A stretch of DNA of 64,000 nucleotides from an uncultured Microthrixaceae bacterium (GTDB lineage: Bacteria > Actinomycetota > Acidimicrobiia > Acidimicrobiales > DATDAH01), in the NCBI GenBank assembly GCA_963777805.1, contig CAVZRY010000002.1, positions 485,739 to 549,738 on the forward strand, in the 5' to 3' direction. Numbering within the stretch: the first letter of the stretch is position 1; the number at the start of each line of letters is the position of its first letter. Made by a program: the position numbers and the translations under genes. Positions 42,715 through 52,586 of this stretch are shown piece by piece. A model generated the notes under the pieces. The model ran no database searches, was not told where the DNA came from, and was given only the letters and a program-made list of their open reading frames with translations.

Positions 42715-43454
42715 GCAACTCCGGCGGGGGCGACACCGAGCGCAACTGGGGACGGATCGTCCTCAAGCTCTCCGGTGAGGCCTTCGCCGGCGGCCAGGAC
42801 TTCGGCATCGACCAGTCGGTGGTGGACCTGATCGCCCGCGAGGTGATCGCGGTCCGCGAGGCCCTCGGCACCCAGATCTCCATCGTCGTCGGCGGCGGCA
42901 ACATCTGGCGGGGCCAGACCGCCGCGGCCGCCGGCCTCGACCGGTCCCAGGGCGACTACATGGGCATGCTGGCCACGGTCATCAACTCCCTCGACCTGCA
43001 GGCCACCCTCGAGCGCCACGGCCAGCCGACGCGGGTCCAGACCGCCATCGAGATGGCCGAGATCGCCGAGCCCTACATCCGGCGCCGGGCCGTCCGCCAC
43101 CTCGAGAAGGGCCGGGTCGTCATCTTCGCCGCCGGGACCGGGAACCCGTTCTTCACCACTGACACCGCGGCGGCGCTGCGGGCGGCGGAGATCGATGCCG
43201 ACGCGATCCTCCGGGGCACCCACTCGGGCGTCGACGGCATCTACACCGACGACCCCAAGACCAACCCCGACGCCACCCTGATCCCGGAAGTGGGCTACAT
43301 GGAGGTCCTCGAGCGGGGCCTGCGGGCCATGGACTCCACGGCCATCACCCTCTGCATGGACAACGCCGTACCGATCGTCGTCTTCGACCTGTTGGGCCCG
43401 GGCAACATCCGGTCCATCCTCGAGGGCAAGCCGATCGGTACGCTGGTTTCCTGA
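42711..43454 (+). CDS. pyrH: UMP kinase
   Basis: [42 protein letters not shown]. Confidence 0.93.
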   Translation: MSNSGGGDTERNWGRIVLKLSGEAFAGGQDFGIDQSVVDLIAREVIAVREALGTQISIVVGGGNIWRGQTAAAAGLDRSQGDYMGMLATVINSLDLQATLERHGQPTRVQTAIEMAEIAEPYIRRRAVRHLEKGRVVIFAAGTGNPFFTTDTAAALRAAEIDADAILRGTHSGVDGIYTDDPKTNPDATLIPEVGYMEVLERGLRAMDSTAITLCMDNAVPIVVFDLLGPGNIRSILEGKPIGTLVS

Positions 43455-43479
43455 CTCCGCAGTCGGGGGAGCCCACCTG

Positions 43480-44058
43480 ATGGCCGACAGTGACGATGAT
43501 CTGATCGAACTCGTCCTCGACGACGCCGGGGACAAGATGGACAAGGCCGTGACCCACACGCGCCACGAGTTCTCCACGGTGCGCACGGGGCGGGCCTCCT
43601 CGGCCCTGGTCGAGAAGCTCCCGGTCGAGGCCTACGGCGCCGAGGTGCCGCTTCAGCAGATCGCCAACTTCTCGGTGCCCGAGGCCCGGCTCCTGGTGAT
43701 CTCCCCGTTCGACAAGACGTCGGTCAACGCCATCGAGAAGGCGATCCGCGAGTCCGACCTCGGCCTGAACCCCACCAACGACGGCCACGTCGTGCGCTTG
43801 GCGTTCCCCGCCCTGACCGAGGAGCGGCGCAAGGACTTGGTGCGCCTCGTGCGGGGTATGGCCGAAGAGGGCAAGATCGCCCTGCGTAACCTGAGGCGGG
43901 GGGCCCGCCACGAGCTGGAGGGCCTCGAGAAGTCCGGGGACCTCCGGGAGGACGACCTCAAGCGGGCCGAGAAGGAGTTGGACGACATGATCCACGCCCA
44001 TGAGGCCAGCCTCGCCGGTGCTCTGGCCGACAAGGAGAAGGAGCTTCTCGATGAGTGA
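43480..44058 (+). CDS. frr: Ribosome recycling factor
   Basis: FSTVRTGRASSALVEKLPVEAYG...PFDKTSVNAIEKAIRESDLGLNP. Confidence 0.93.
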   Translation: MADSDDDLIELVLDDAGDKMDKAVTHTRHEFSTVRTGRASSALVEKLPVEAYGAEVPLQQIANFSVPEARLLVISPFDKTSVNAIEKAIRESDLGLNPTNDGHVVRLAFPALTEERRKDLVRLVRGMAEEGKIALRNLRRGARHELEGLEKSGDLREDDLKRAEKELDDMIHAHEASLAGALADKEKELLDE

Positions 44059-45809
44059 CGACCGTCCGGACGAGGGCGCCCCGAGCGACCCACGACCGTC
44101 GGGTCGGATCCGCATCGTGGGCGCCACGCCGGCCACGGGTGAGCACCCGACCGTCGCCCAAGGGCCGCCGTCGGACCCGCCGCCGCCCGCAGCCGAGCCC
44201 CCGGCCGCCGAGCCGCCCCCCGCCGAGGACCCGAACCGCTTCGGCGCCATCCCGATCATCGCCGACGACGACGAGCCGGTCGCCGACCCCACCCCGGCCC
44301 GGGCCGCGCCCGTCGCGACCGAGCCCCCGGCCCGGGTCGCCCCCGTCCCCGCCGAGCCCCCGGTGTCGGCCGCGCCGGACCTCGACGACCTGGACCTGCC
44401 GCCGACCGCGGCGGTGCCCGTCGTGCCCTCGGAGCCTGCCCCAGCACCGACGCCGATCCCGGCCCCCGAGCGGGACCTCGATGACATCCGGGTCTGGGCT
44501 GCCCCCGACGAGGACGACGGCCTCGAGATCGAAGCCGGTCGCTCGGCCTCCGAGAACCCCTTCGCCGACCTCATCGGTGACCCCGACGACGGTCTCGACG
44601 ACCTCCTCGGCCCACCCGAGGACGACCTGCCGCACTGGAGCGAGCCGGTGGCGGGTGCCACCGACGACGATGACGCCTGGGCCGGACTGTCCGGCGGTCC
44701 CCGCTGGCGGGGCCAGGGCGAGGAGACCGGTGAGCCGGAGGACTTCTCCGACCTCGCCGACGACGAGACCCGTGTCGAATCCTTGGGGGAGGACGAGATG
44801 ATCTTCGACGACCTCGATCCGGCGGCCGCCGCGGCGGCCGCGATCGGCTCACCGGCCGGCCCGCCGCAACGGCGTGACCCGTTCCCGGACGCTCCGGAGG
44901 ACGAGTTCGGCATTGACGGCAGCGGCGGCGGCGGCTCCGGTCGCGACATGCAGCAGGCGGTCATCGTCGGCGTCGGCCTGGTCGGCGTCATGGCGGTGTG
45001 CTTCCTCATCGGCGCCTGGGCCGTGGTGGCGCTGGCCACCGTCGTGGTGGTCCTGGCCACCGCCGAGTTCTTCACCGCCACCCGACGCTCGGGTTACCAC
45101 CCGGCCCCCCTCATCGGCCTGGCCGGTTCGGGAGGCATGGTGCTGGCCGCCTACCTCCGGGGCGAGGGCGGCATGGTCCTGGTGTTCTTCCTGGTCGTGG
45201 TCACGACCCTGTGCTGGTGGCTCTTCGACGCCGGACCGGGTGACCACGCCGTGGCCAACGCCGGCATCACCATGCTCGGCGTCTTCTACGTCGGTGGCCT
45301 CGGGGCCTTCGCCTCACTGCTGCTGCGCATCGACGACGCCTCGGTCTCGGCCAGCGGCGCGCTGGTGTCCGGCTTCGGGGACAGCGTCGGGCGGTCGCTG
45401 CTCTTCGCCGCCATCCTCGTGACGGTGGCCGCCGACATCGGTGGGCTGTTCGTCGGTCAACGCATGGGCCGATCGCCACTGACTGCGGCCAGCCCCAACA
45501 AGACCGTAGAGGGCTTCGTCGGCGGGATCATCGCCGCGGTCGTGGTGGCCCTGCTGGTCCTCGGGATCGTCGGGGTCGGGCCGTGGACGGCGATGGACGC
45601 CATCATCCTGGGCGTCGTCGGCGGCGGTCATGGCCCCGCTGGGCGACCTGTGCGAGTCCCGCCTGAAGCGGGACCTCGGCCTCAAGGACATGGGCACGCT
45701 GCTGCCCGGCCACGGTGGTGTGCTCGACCGGTTCGACGGGCTGCTCTTCGTGCTCCCGGCGACCTACTACGTCGTGCGCCTGCTCGAGGTCTACGCCAAC
45801 ACCCCGTGA
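44051..45809 (+). CDS. cdsA: Phosphatidate cytidylyltransferase with ~290-aa Pro/Asp-rich N-terminal extension (1 frameshift near 45620)
   Basis: TM core from ~44930. SPNKTVEG, then after the frame shift [32 protein letters not shown] (CDS signature). TGA at 45807-45809. Confidence 0.85.
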
Positions 45810-45818
45810 CCACGATCC

Positions 45819-45867
45819 GTTCTGGTTGCGCGATCGGTGCCCCGGCGCGCGATCCCGCGACCAGAAC
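45819..45867. repeat. 49-nt clamp hairpin element #5
   Basis: GTTCTGG-ttgcgcgatcgg...gatcccgcga-CCAGAAC, 10 nt after the cdsA stop and 12 nt before the dxr GTG. Right flank gaggtcgg resembles that of element #6. Confidence 0.8.
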
Positions 45868-45878
45868 GAGGTCGGGGC

Positions 45879-47053
45879 GTGACGACGACGGTCGCGGTGC
45901 TGGGGTCGACGGGGTCGATCGGGACCCAGACCCTCGACGTCGTCGCGGCCGAGCCCGGGCGCTACGAGGTCGTGGCCCTCGGCGGTCGCCCGCTCGGTCG
46001 ACCTGCTCGCCGAGCAGGCCAAGGAGTTCCGGCCCCGGGTCGTGGCCGTCGCCGACGCCCACGGCGGCGGCCGGCCTGGCCGACCGTCTGCCGCCGGGCA
46101 CCGAGCTGTGGTGGGCGAGGACGCCCTCGCCGATGCCGCCCGGAGGCCGACGTCGTGCGTCAACGGCGTGGTCGGCTTCGCCGGCCTGCGGCGTCACGCT
46201 CGCCACGCTCGAGGCCGGGCAAGCGCCTGGCGCTGGCCAACAAGGAGTCGCCTCATCGCCGCCGGCCCGGTGGTGCAACGGGTGCGGCGCCACGCCCGGC
46301 GCCGAGCTCGTGCCCGTCGACAGCGAGCACTGCGCCGTCCACCAGTGCCTGCGGGCCGACGACGTGCCGCCGAGCGAGGTCGCGCCGCCTCGTGCTCACC
46401 GCCAGCGGCGGGCCGTTCCGCGGCCGGACCCGGCGACGACCTGGCCGAGGTCACCATCGACGACGCGCTCGCCCACCCGACCTGGACGATGGGCCCCAAG
46501 ATCACCATCGACTCGTCGACGCTCATGAACAAGGGCCTCGAGGTGATCGAGGCCCACGAGCTGTTCGGCGTCGACCTACGACCGACATCGACGTGGTCGT
46601 GCACCCGCAGTCGGTCGTGCACTCGATGGTCGAGTTCACCGACGGCGCGACCATCGCCCAGCTGTCGATGCCCGACATGCGCCTGCCGATCGGCTACGCC
46701 CTGGCCTACCCGGACCGCTCGACGGCACGCCGTTCGGGCGCGATCGACTGGGCGACGCTCGGCTCGCCTCGACTTCGAGGCCGCCCGACCTCGAGGCCTT
46801 CCCGTGCCTGGACCTGGCCTACGAGGCCGGCCGGGCGGGCGGACGGCCCCGGCGTGGCTGAACGCCGCCAACGAGGTGGCCGTCGAGGCCTTCCTCCAGG
46901 GGCGCATCGCGTGGCTGGCGATCGCCGACGTGCTCGAGGCGACCCTCGATCGTCACGATGGAACCAAAGCGACTTCGGCCGACGTTGTGATGGAGGCCGA
47001 CCGAACGGCCCGTACCGTGGCGACCGAGATCGTCGCCGACCCTCACCCCCTAG
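45879..47053 (+). CDS. dxr: 1-deoxy-D-xylulose-5-phosphate reductoisomerase (about 8 frame switches; stop position uncertain)
   Basis: [25 protein letters not shown]|[76 protein letters not shown]. Confidence 0.88.
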
Positions 47054-47067
47054 AGCCAGCGGAGCCC

Positions 47068-48438
47068 ATGTCCGACACCGAGCTGATGCCACCCCTCCCC
47101 GACGAGCCGATCGTCGCCGACAACGGCGATGTCGCGGGGAAGGTCGGCATGATCGCCCTGGTCGCCGGTGCGGTCGCCCTCGGCGTCTTCGGCGGCTGGC
47201 CGATCCTGGTCGTGGTCCTGTCGCTGGTGTTCATGATCTTCATGCACGAGCTGGGCCACTACCTCACGGCCAAGCGGGCCGGCATGAAGGTCACCGAGTT
47301 CTTCATCGGCTTCGGGCCCCGGATCTGGTCCTTCAGGCGGGGCGAGACCGAGTACGGCATCAAGGCCATCCCGGCCGGCGCCTACGTGCGCATCATCGGG
47401 ATGAACAACCTCGAGGAGGTCCCGCCCGAAGACGAGCCCCGCACCTATCGCCAGAAGTCCTATCCGCGACGCATGTCGGTGGCCGTGGCCGGTTCGACCA
47501 TGCACTTCCTCATGGCCCTCGTGCTGACCTTCGTCGGCCTCGTCGGCTACGGCGTCCACAACGACGCCAGCGCCTTGGCCTGGACGGCCACCGCCCCCTC
47601 GACCGCGGCGGAGACCGAAGCCCAGTTCGAGGGCCTCGAGCTCAGCGAAGCCTTCCAGGCCCAGCTCGACGAGGGCACGACGCCGGCCCTGGCCGCCGGG
47701 ATCGAGGAGGGCGACCGGATCGTCGCCATCGACGATGAGCCGGTCGAGGAGTTCACCGACGTCCGGGCCTTCATCGTGGACCACCCCGGCGAGGACGTGG
47801 CCCTCACCGTCGAGCGGGACGGGGAGACCTTCGACACCGAGACGACCCTCGGCTCGGTGACCGACGGCACGACCACCATCGGGTTCCTCGGCCTCGGCCG
47901 GGAGGAGCCCCTCCAGACCCTCGGCGTCCTGCCCGCCGTCCGTGAGTCCTTCGCCATCGTCGGTGGGCTGATGGTGGACTCGGTCCAGGCCATCGGCCAG
48001 TTCTTCACCCCCAACGGCCTGAGCAACTTCGCCTCGTCGGTGTTCGGCACCGACGAGGAGCAGTCGCCCAGCCTCAGCGGCGGTTCCAGCGGCAGCGTGG
48101 ACAGCAGCGACGAGGGCCGGATCATCTCCATCGTCGGCGCCGCCCGGCTCGGGGCCCAGGCCACCGACGCCAACGGCCTGGTCTCCCTGCTGGAGATCAT
48201 GGTCGTGCTCAACGTGTTCATCGGCCTCTTCAACCTGATCCCGCTGCTGCCCTTCGACGGCGGCCACGTCGCCATCGGGACCTACGAGCGGATCCGGGAG
48301 ATCGGCCACCCCGGCCGGCGCTACCAGGCGGACCTCACCCGGATGCTGCCGGTGGCCTACGCCGTGGTCCTGTTCATGGTGACCATCGGGGCCATGGCGC
48401 TCTACGTCGACATCTTCGACCCGATCAACCTCCAGTAG
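47068..48438 (+). CDS. rseP: M50 site-2 protease (RseP/Rip1-like) with PDZ domain
   Basis: Start ATG 47068 with GGAG upstream. [13 protein letters not shown] zinc motif, PDZ ([15 protein letters not shown]), C-terminal [12 protein letters not shown]. Confidence 0.88.
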   Translation: MSDTELMPPLPDEPIVADNGDVAGKVGMIALVAGAVALGVFGGWPILVVVLSLVFMIFMHELGHYLTAKRAGMKVTEFFIGFGPRIWSFRRGETEYGIKAIPAGAYVRIIGMNNLEEVPPEDEPRTYRQKSYPRRMSVAVAGSTMHFLMALVLTFVGLVGYGVHNDASALAWTATAPSTAAETEAQFEGLELSEAFQAQLDEGTTPALAAGIEEGDRIVAIDDEPVEEFTDVRAFIVDHPGEDVALTVERDGETFDTETTLGSVTDGTTTIGFLGLGREEPLQTLGVLPAVRESFAIVGGLMVDSVQAIGQFFTPNGLSNFASSVFGTDEEQSPSLSGGSSGSVDSSDEGRIISIVGAARLGAQATDANGLVSLLEIMVVLNVFIGLFNLIPLLPFDGGHVAIGTYERIREIGHPGRRYQADLTRMLPVAYAVVLFMVTIGAMALYVDIFDPINLQ

Positions 48439-48488
48439 CCCTGGAGTCACGCGCCCCGAAGCGGGAGCGGGCTGCGAGACTGACCCCC

Positions 48489-49706
48489 GTGATCTACGAG
48501 CGCCGGAAGACCCGTGAGATCGTCCTCGACCACCCGTCACACCCCGTGACGGTCGGCGGCGACGCCCCGGTGAGCGGTGCAGTCGATGACGATCACCAAG
48601 ACGGCCGACGTCGAGGGCGACGCTCCAGCAGATCTACGCCCTCGACGGCGCCGGGGCCGACATCGTCCGCTGCACCTGCAACGAGAAGGAGGCGGCGCGA
48701 GGGCCTGGCCCAGATCGTGCCCCGCTCGCCGGTGCCGATCGTGGCCGACATCCACCACCAGTACAAGATGGCCCTGGCCGCCCTCGAGGCCGGGGTGCAC
48801 TGCCTGCGCCTCAACCCGGGCAACATCCGCGTCCCGAGCACATCAAGGCCGTGGCCATGGAGTGCAAGGACCGGGGCGTGCCCATCCGCATCGGGGTCAA
48901 CGGCGGGTCCCTGGACCCGGACCTCTACGAGAAGCACGACGGCCTGACCGCCCGAGGCCATGGTCGAGTCGGCCCAGCGGGAGCTGGACTACTTCGCCGA
49001 GGTCGGCTTCGACGACGTGAAGATCTCGGTCAAGGCGTCCAACGTGCCGCTGATGATCGAGGCCTACCGGCAGCTCTCGGAGGTCACCGACCACCCGCTG
49101 CACCTCGGCGTCACCGAGGCCGGCCCGCCGCCCGCCGGGCTCATCAAGGCCACCGCGGGCCTGGCCACGCTGCTGTCCGAGGGCATCGGGGACACCATCC
49201 GCTACTCGCTGACCGCCGATCCCGTGCAGGAGGCCCGCGCCGGCCGCCAGCTGCTGGAGGCCCTCGGCCTGCGGGAGCGCACCGGCCTCGACCTGATCGC
49301 CTGCCCGTCGTGCGGCCGGGCCGAGGTCGACGTCTATGCCATCGCCGATGCCGCCCAGAAGGCCCTCGAGGAGCTGGAGGTCCCCATCCAGGTCGCGGTC
49401 ATGGGCTGTGTGGTCAACGGCCCCGGCGAGGCCCGGGAGGCCGACCTCGGCATCGCCGCCGGCCGCAAGCGGGGCCACCTCTTCGTCAAGGGCAAGGTCG
49501 TCAAGGTCGTGGCCGAGGACGAGATGGTCGCCGAGCTCGTCGAGTGGGCCAAGATCGTCAGCGAGGACGGCGTCGAGGCCGCCCTCGAACGAGCCGACGC
49601 CGGCGCCGCGGCAGAAGCCGAAAAGGACCGCGCCGCCCTCCTGACCGAGCAGGGCGACGACGTCAACCAGGCCGACGAGCACATCCAGCAGATCCGCAAG
49701 CTCTAG
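48489..49706 (+). CDS. ispG: 4-hydroxy-3-methylbut-2-enyl diphosphate synthase IspG (about 5 frame switches)
   Basis: VGGDAPVS|[58 protein letters not shown]. Confidence 0.88.
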
Positions 49707-49740
49707 CGCGCCAGAAGTACCGGTCAATCGGACCGTGGCA

Positions 49741-49830
49741 GAACTGATGGCAACAACGGGGGCGTGGGGTCGGGCCGCCGGTCGTTGTGGGCCCAACTGA
49801 CGCGTACTACGCCCCACCACCCGCTTTGTC
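49741..49830. repeat. MITE-like repeat family, copy A left arm (partial element)
   Basis: gaactgatggcaacaacgggggcgtggggtcgggccgccggtcg, followed by a weak inverted copy (tacgccccaccacccg). Confidence 0.6.
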
Positions 49831-49880
49831 GTTCTGGCCGCGAAATATGCGCGGATCCTGCAACATCCCGCGGCCAGAAC
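49831..49880. repeat. 50-nt clamp hairpin element #6
   Basis: GTTCTGGCCGCG-aaatatgcgcggatcctgcaacatc-CGCGGCCAGAAC, a perfect 12-bp outer stem. Confidence 0.85.
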
Positions 49881-49903
49881 GAGGTTCGGCGACCGACTCG
49901 ATC

Positions 49904-49953
49904 GTTCTGGCCGCGAAATATGCGCGGCTGCTGCAATATTCCGCGGCCGGAAC
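49904..49953. repeat. 50-nt clamp hairpin element #7
   Basis: GTTCTGGCCGCG-aaatatgcgcggctgctgcaatatt-CCGCGGCCGGAAC. Tandem with #6, 73 nt start to start; 41 nt upstream of the proS ATG. Confidence 0.85.
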
Positions 49954-49993
49954 GGTCCGAGGAGTGGGGACGGGCGCCACTACCCTCCGCCGG

Positions 49994-51406
49994 ATGGCCA
50001 AGGCTCCCGTCCTCACCCCCCAGAGTGAGGACTTCCCCCGCTGGTATCAGGACGTCATCGCGAAGGCGGAGCTGGCCGAGAACGGGCCGGCCCGGGGGAC
50101 GATGGTCATCCGGCCCTACGGCTTCTCGCTGTGGGAGCGCCTGCAGGCGGCCATGGACGACCGCATCAAGGCCGCCGGCGTGGACAACGCCTACTTCCCG
50201 CTGTTCGTGCCCATGTCCTACTTCGAGAAGGAGGCCGAGCACGTCGAGGGCTTCAGCCCCGAGCTGGCCGTGGTCACCATCGGAGGGGGCAAGGAGCTGG
50301 AGGAGCCCCTCGCCATCCGCCCCACGTCCGAGACGGTCATGGGGACCTACTTCGCCAAGTGGATCCAGAGCTACCGGGACCTGCCCCTGCTGGTGAACCA
50401 GTGGGCCAACGTCGTGCGCTGGGAGCTGCGCCCCCGCCTGTTCCTGCGGACCACCGAGTTCCTCTGGCAGGAGGGCCACACCTGCCACGCCACCGAGGCC
50501 GAGGCCCGGGACTTCGCCGTGCAGATCCTCCACGAGGTCTACGCCGACTGCATGGAGCAGGTGCTGGCCGTGCCTGTGTTCAAGGGGCGCAAGACCGCGG
50601 CCGAGCGCTTCGCCGGCGCCATCAACACCATGGCCTGCGAGGCGATGATGCGGGACGGCAAGGCCCTCCAGATGGGCACCAGCCACGAGCTCGGCCAGAA
50701 CTTCGCCAAGGCCTTCGGCATCGAGTACCTGTCGGCCGACGGCAACCAGGAGAACGTCTGGCAGACCTCCTGGGGCACCTCCACCCGCATGGTGGGCGGG
50801 CTGATCATGACCCACGGCGACGACAACGGCCTCCGGGTCCCGCCCGTGCTGGCCCCCATCCAGGTCGTGGTCCTCGTGGTGCGGGACGAGGAGGGCGCGG
50901 GTGAGGCCGCGGCCCGCCTGGTCGACGAGCTGAAGGCCGCCGGCGTCCGGGTCCGCCTCGACGACAAGGTCGACGTCTCCTTCGGCCGCCGGGCCACCAA
51001 CTGGGAGCTCAAGGGCATCCCCCTGCGCATCGAGGTCGGCCCCCGGGACCTGAAGGAGGGCGAGGTCACCCTCGTCCGCCGGGACAACGGCGAGAAGCGC
51101 CAGGTCGCCGTGGTCGCCGTGTCCGCGGAGGTGCCCGCCCTGCTCGACACCATCCAGGCCGACCTCCTGGCCACCGCCACCAAGGACCGCGACGACCGGA
51201 CGGTCGACGTGACCGCCATCGAGGACGTGGCCGCGGCGGCCGCCGACGGCTTCGTCCGCATCCCCTGGGACTCGGTCGGCGTCGAGGGCGAGACCCTCCT
51301 CGGCCGCGACGCCCTCACCGTCCGCTGCCTCCAGCGAGCCGACGGCAGCCTCCCCGAGTCCGACGACGAGAAGGGCCTCATCGCCCTGGTGGCCCGCAGC
51401 TACTGA
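49994..51406 (+). CDS. proS: Prolyl-tRNA synthetase, short archaeal/eukaryote-like type
   Basis: Start ATG 49994 (MAKAPVLTPQSEDFPRWYQDV...), 470 aa with no insertion domain. Class II motifs (FRPTSET-like IRPTSET, LRTTEFLWQEGH). C-terminal ...LVARSY ends in the Tyr typical of this type. Confidence 0.88.
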   Translation: MAKAPVLTPQSEDFPRWYQDVIAKAELAENGPARGTMVIRPYGFSLWERLQAAMDDRIKAAGVDNAYFPLFVPMSYFEKEAEHVEGFSPELAVVTIGGGKELEEPLAIRPTSETVMGTYFAKWIQSYRDLPLLVNQWANVVRWELRPRLFLRTTEFLWQEGHTCHATEAEARDFAVQILHEVYADCMEQVLAVPVFKGRKTAAERFAGAINTMACEAMMRDGKALQMGTSHELGQNFAKAFGIEYLSADGNQENVWQTSWGTSTRMVGGLIMTHGDDNGLRVPPVLAPIQVVVLVVRDEEGAGEAAARLVDELKAAGVRVRLDDKVDVSFGRRATNWELKGIPLRIEVGPRDLKEGEVTLVRRDNGEKRQVAVVAVSAEVPALLDTIQADLLATATKDRDDRTVDVTAIEDVAAAAADGFVRIPWDSVGVEGETLLGRDALTVRCLQRADGSLPESDDEKGLIALVARSY

Positions 51407-51437
51407 CATTCCGTTCATGCAGGTCCTCCGCCGGGCA

Positions 51438-51694
51438 GAACCGACGCAAGAGACGGGGGCGTGGGGTCGGGCCGTCAGCCGTCGGGGGCGGGCAAGGCCT
51501 CGGAGCTCACCGAGCGTGGCCGTCTTGGGCCGGGGGATCGGGTCCGGAGGCAATACCTTGCGGAATCGACAAGGTATTGCCTCCAGACCGGGGTGTTCGA
51601 GCCGGAGACGTCGGGTATGGCCACGAAGCGTGAGATCAGCTCGTCCCCGACGACCGGCAGCCCGACCCCACACCCCGTTCGGTGCCATCGGTTC
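51438..51694. repeat. MITE-like repeat family, copy B (contains the GAGGCAATACCTT palindrome at 51546-51584)
   Basis: Left end gaaccgacgcaagagacgggggcgtggggtcgggccg. Right end cggcagcccgaccccacaccccgttcggtgccatcggttc (inverted). Flank similarity suggests the opposite orientation to copies C, D and E. Confidence 0.75.
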
Positions 51695-51730
51695 ATCCGG
51701 AGCGATGAGTACTCCGCTCCGAGGGGCTCG

Positions 51731-51970
51731 AACGGGTTCGCCCTGGACGAAGTGGTGGTCCACGGCTGGGACCTCGCCACCGCCACGGCCCACGACTTCG
51801 CCGCGGCCCCCGAGGAGCTCGAGGCCGTGATCGGCTTCTTCGCCTCGTTCCCCGACGAGGCCCGGGAGCCCGGCTTCGGCCTGGCCCACCCGGTGCCCGA
51901 CGACGCCCCGCTCCTGGACCGGGCCGTCGCGCTGTCCGGTCGGGACCCGGATTGGGCGCCGACGCCTTAG
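51731..51970 (+). pseudogene. C-terminal remnant of a DinB-like/TIGR03086-type gene
   Basis: FALDEVVVHGWDLATATAHDF...PVPDDAPLLDRAVALSGRDPDW parallels the C-terminus of the gene at 27478-28124. The N-terminal ~120 codons are absent and the repeat element abuts it. Confidence 0.6.
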
Positions 51971-52040
51971 CAGACCGTCGCCCGCCAGGGACAGTTCTCC
52001 ACCGTTATACTCCGACCAGCATTTTGTTCAGGTCGGACAA

Positions 52041-52070
52041 AGGCGTGGGCTTCGGCCCACGCCTTTTCTT
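52041..52070 (+). terminator. Canonical intrinsic terminator-like hairpin in the rimP-nusA-infB leader
   Basis: aggcgtgggc-ttcg-gcccacgcct followed by tttctt and preceded by acaaa. Lies 22 nt upstream of the ggagaggagg RBS of rimP, inside a locally AT-richer stretch. Confidence 0.6.
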
Positions 52071-52091
52071 GCGGAGAGGAGGACTTCAGCC

Positions 52092-52586
52092 ATGGCGATC
52101 ACCGATCGCGTTCGGGCCATCGTCCTTCCTCTGGCCGAAGAGCGGGGCCTCGACGTCTATGACGTGGAGCAGCACCAGGCCAGCGTCCGCATCCTCGTCA
52201 GCCGTGAGGGCGGGATCGACATCAACGCCCTGACCGAGCTGAGCCGCTCGGTCTCCCGGGCCCTGGACGAGACCGATCCGGTACCCGGCAAGTACACCCT
52301 CGAGGTGTCCAGCCCCGGCCTGGAGCGGCCCCTGCGCCGCCCGGACCACTTCCAGGGCGCAGTGAACGACCGGATCACGGTCAAGACCGTCCCCGGCGCC
52401 GAGGGCGACCGCCGGATCACGGGCGTGCTCGTGGCCGCCGACGAGGACGCCATCACGGTCCGGCCCGACGAGGGTCTGGACACCGACGACCGACGCATCG
52501 CCTACGACGAGATCGCCGCAGCTCGAACCCTGTTCGACTGGGGAACCACCACCAAGCCGACGACGAAGAAGAAGAAGACTTCATGA
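52092..52586 (+). CDS. rimP: Ribosome maturation factor RimP
   Basis: LDVYDVE...LRILV...GIDINALTELSRSVSRALDETDPVPGKYTLEVSSPGLERPLR. Confidence 0.9.
   Translation: MAITDRVRAIVLPLAEERGLDVYDVEQHQASVRILVSREGGIDINALTELSRSVSRALDETDPVPGKYTLEVSSPGLERPLRRPDHFQGAVNDRITVKTVPGAEGDRRITGVLVAADEDAITVRPDEGLDTDDRRIAYDEIAAARTLFDWGTTTKPTTKKKKTS

Noticed and set aside
46042-48438. 798-aa ORF suggesting a Dxr-RseP fusion protein.
   Set aside because: dxr is riddled with frame breaks. A TAG (47051-47053) sits in a neighbouring frame, and rseP has its own GGAG plus ATG at 47068. The read-through is most simply one more indel artefact.
49707-49993. T-box riboswitch upstream of proS.
   Set aside because: No specifier-loop, AGAGA or GNUGGNA features, and no T-box sequence on the sense strand. 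The only T-box-like string (ggagggtagtggcgcc) is on the antisense strand.
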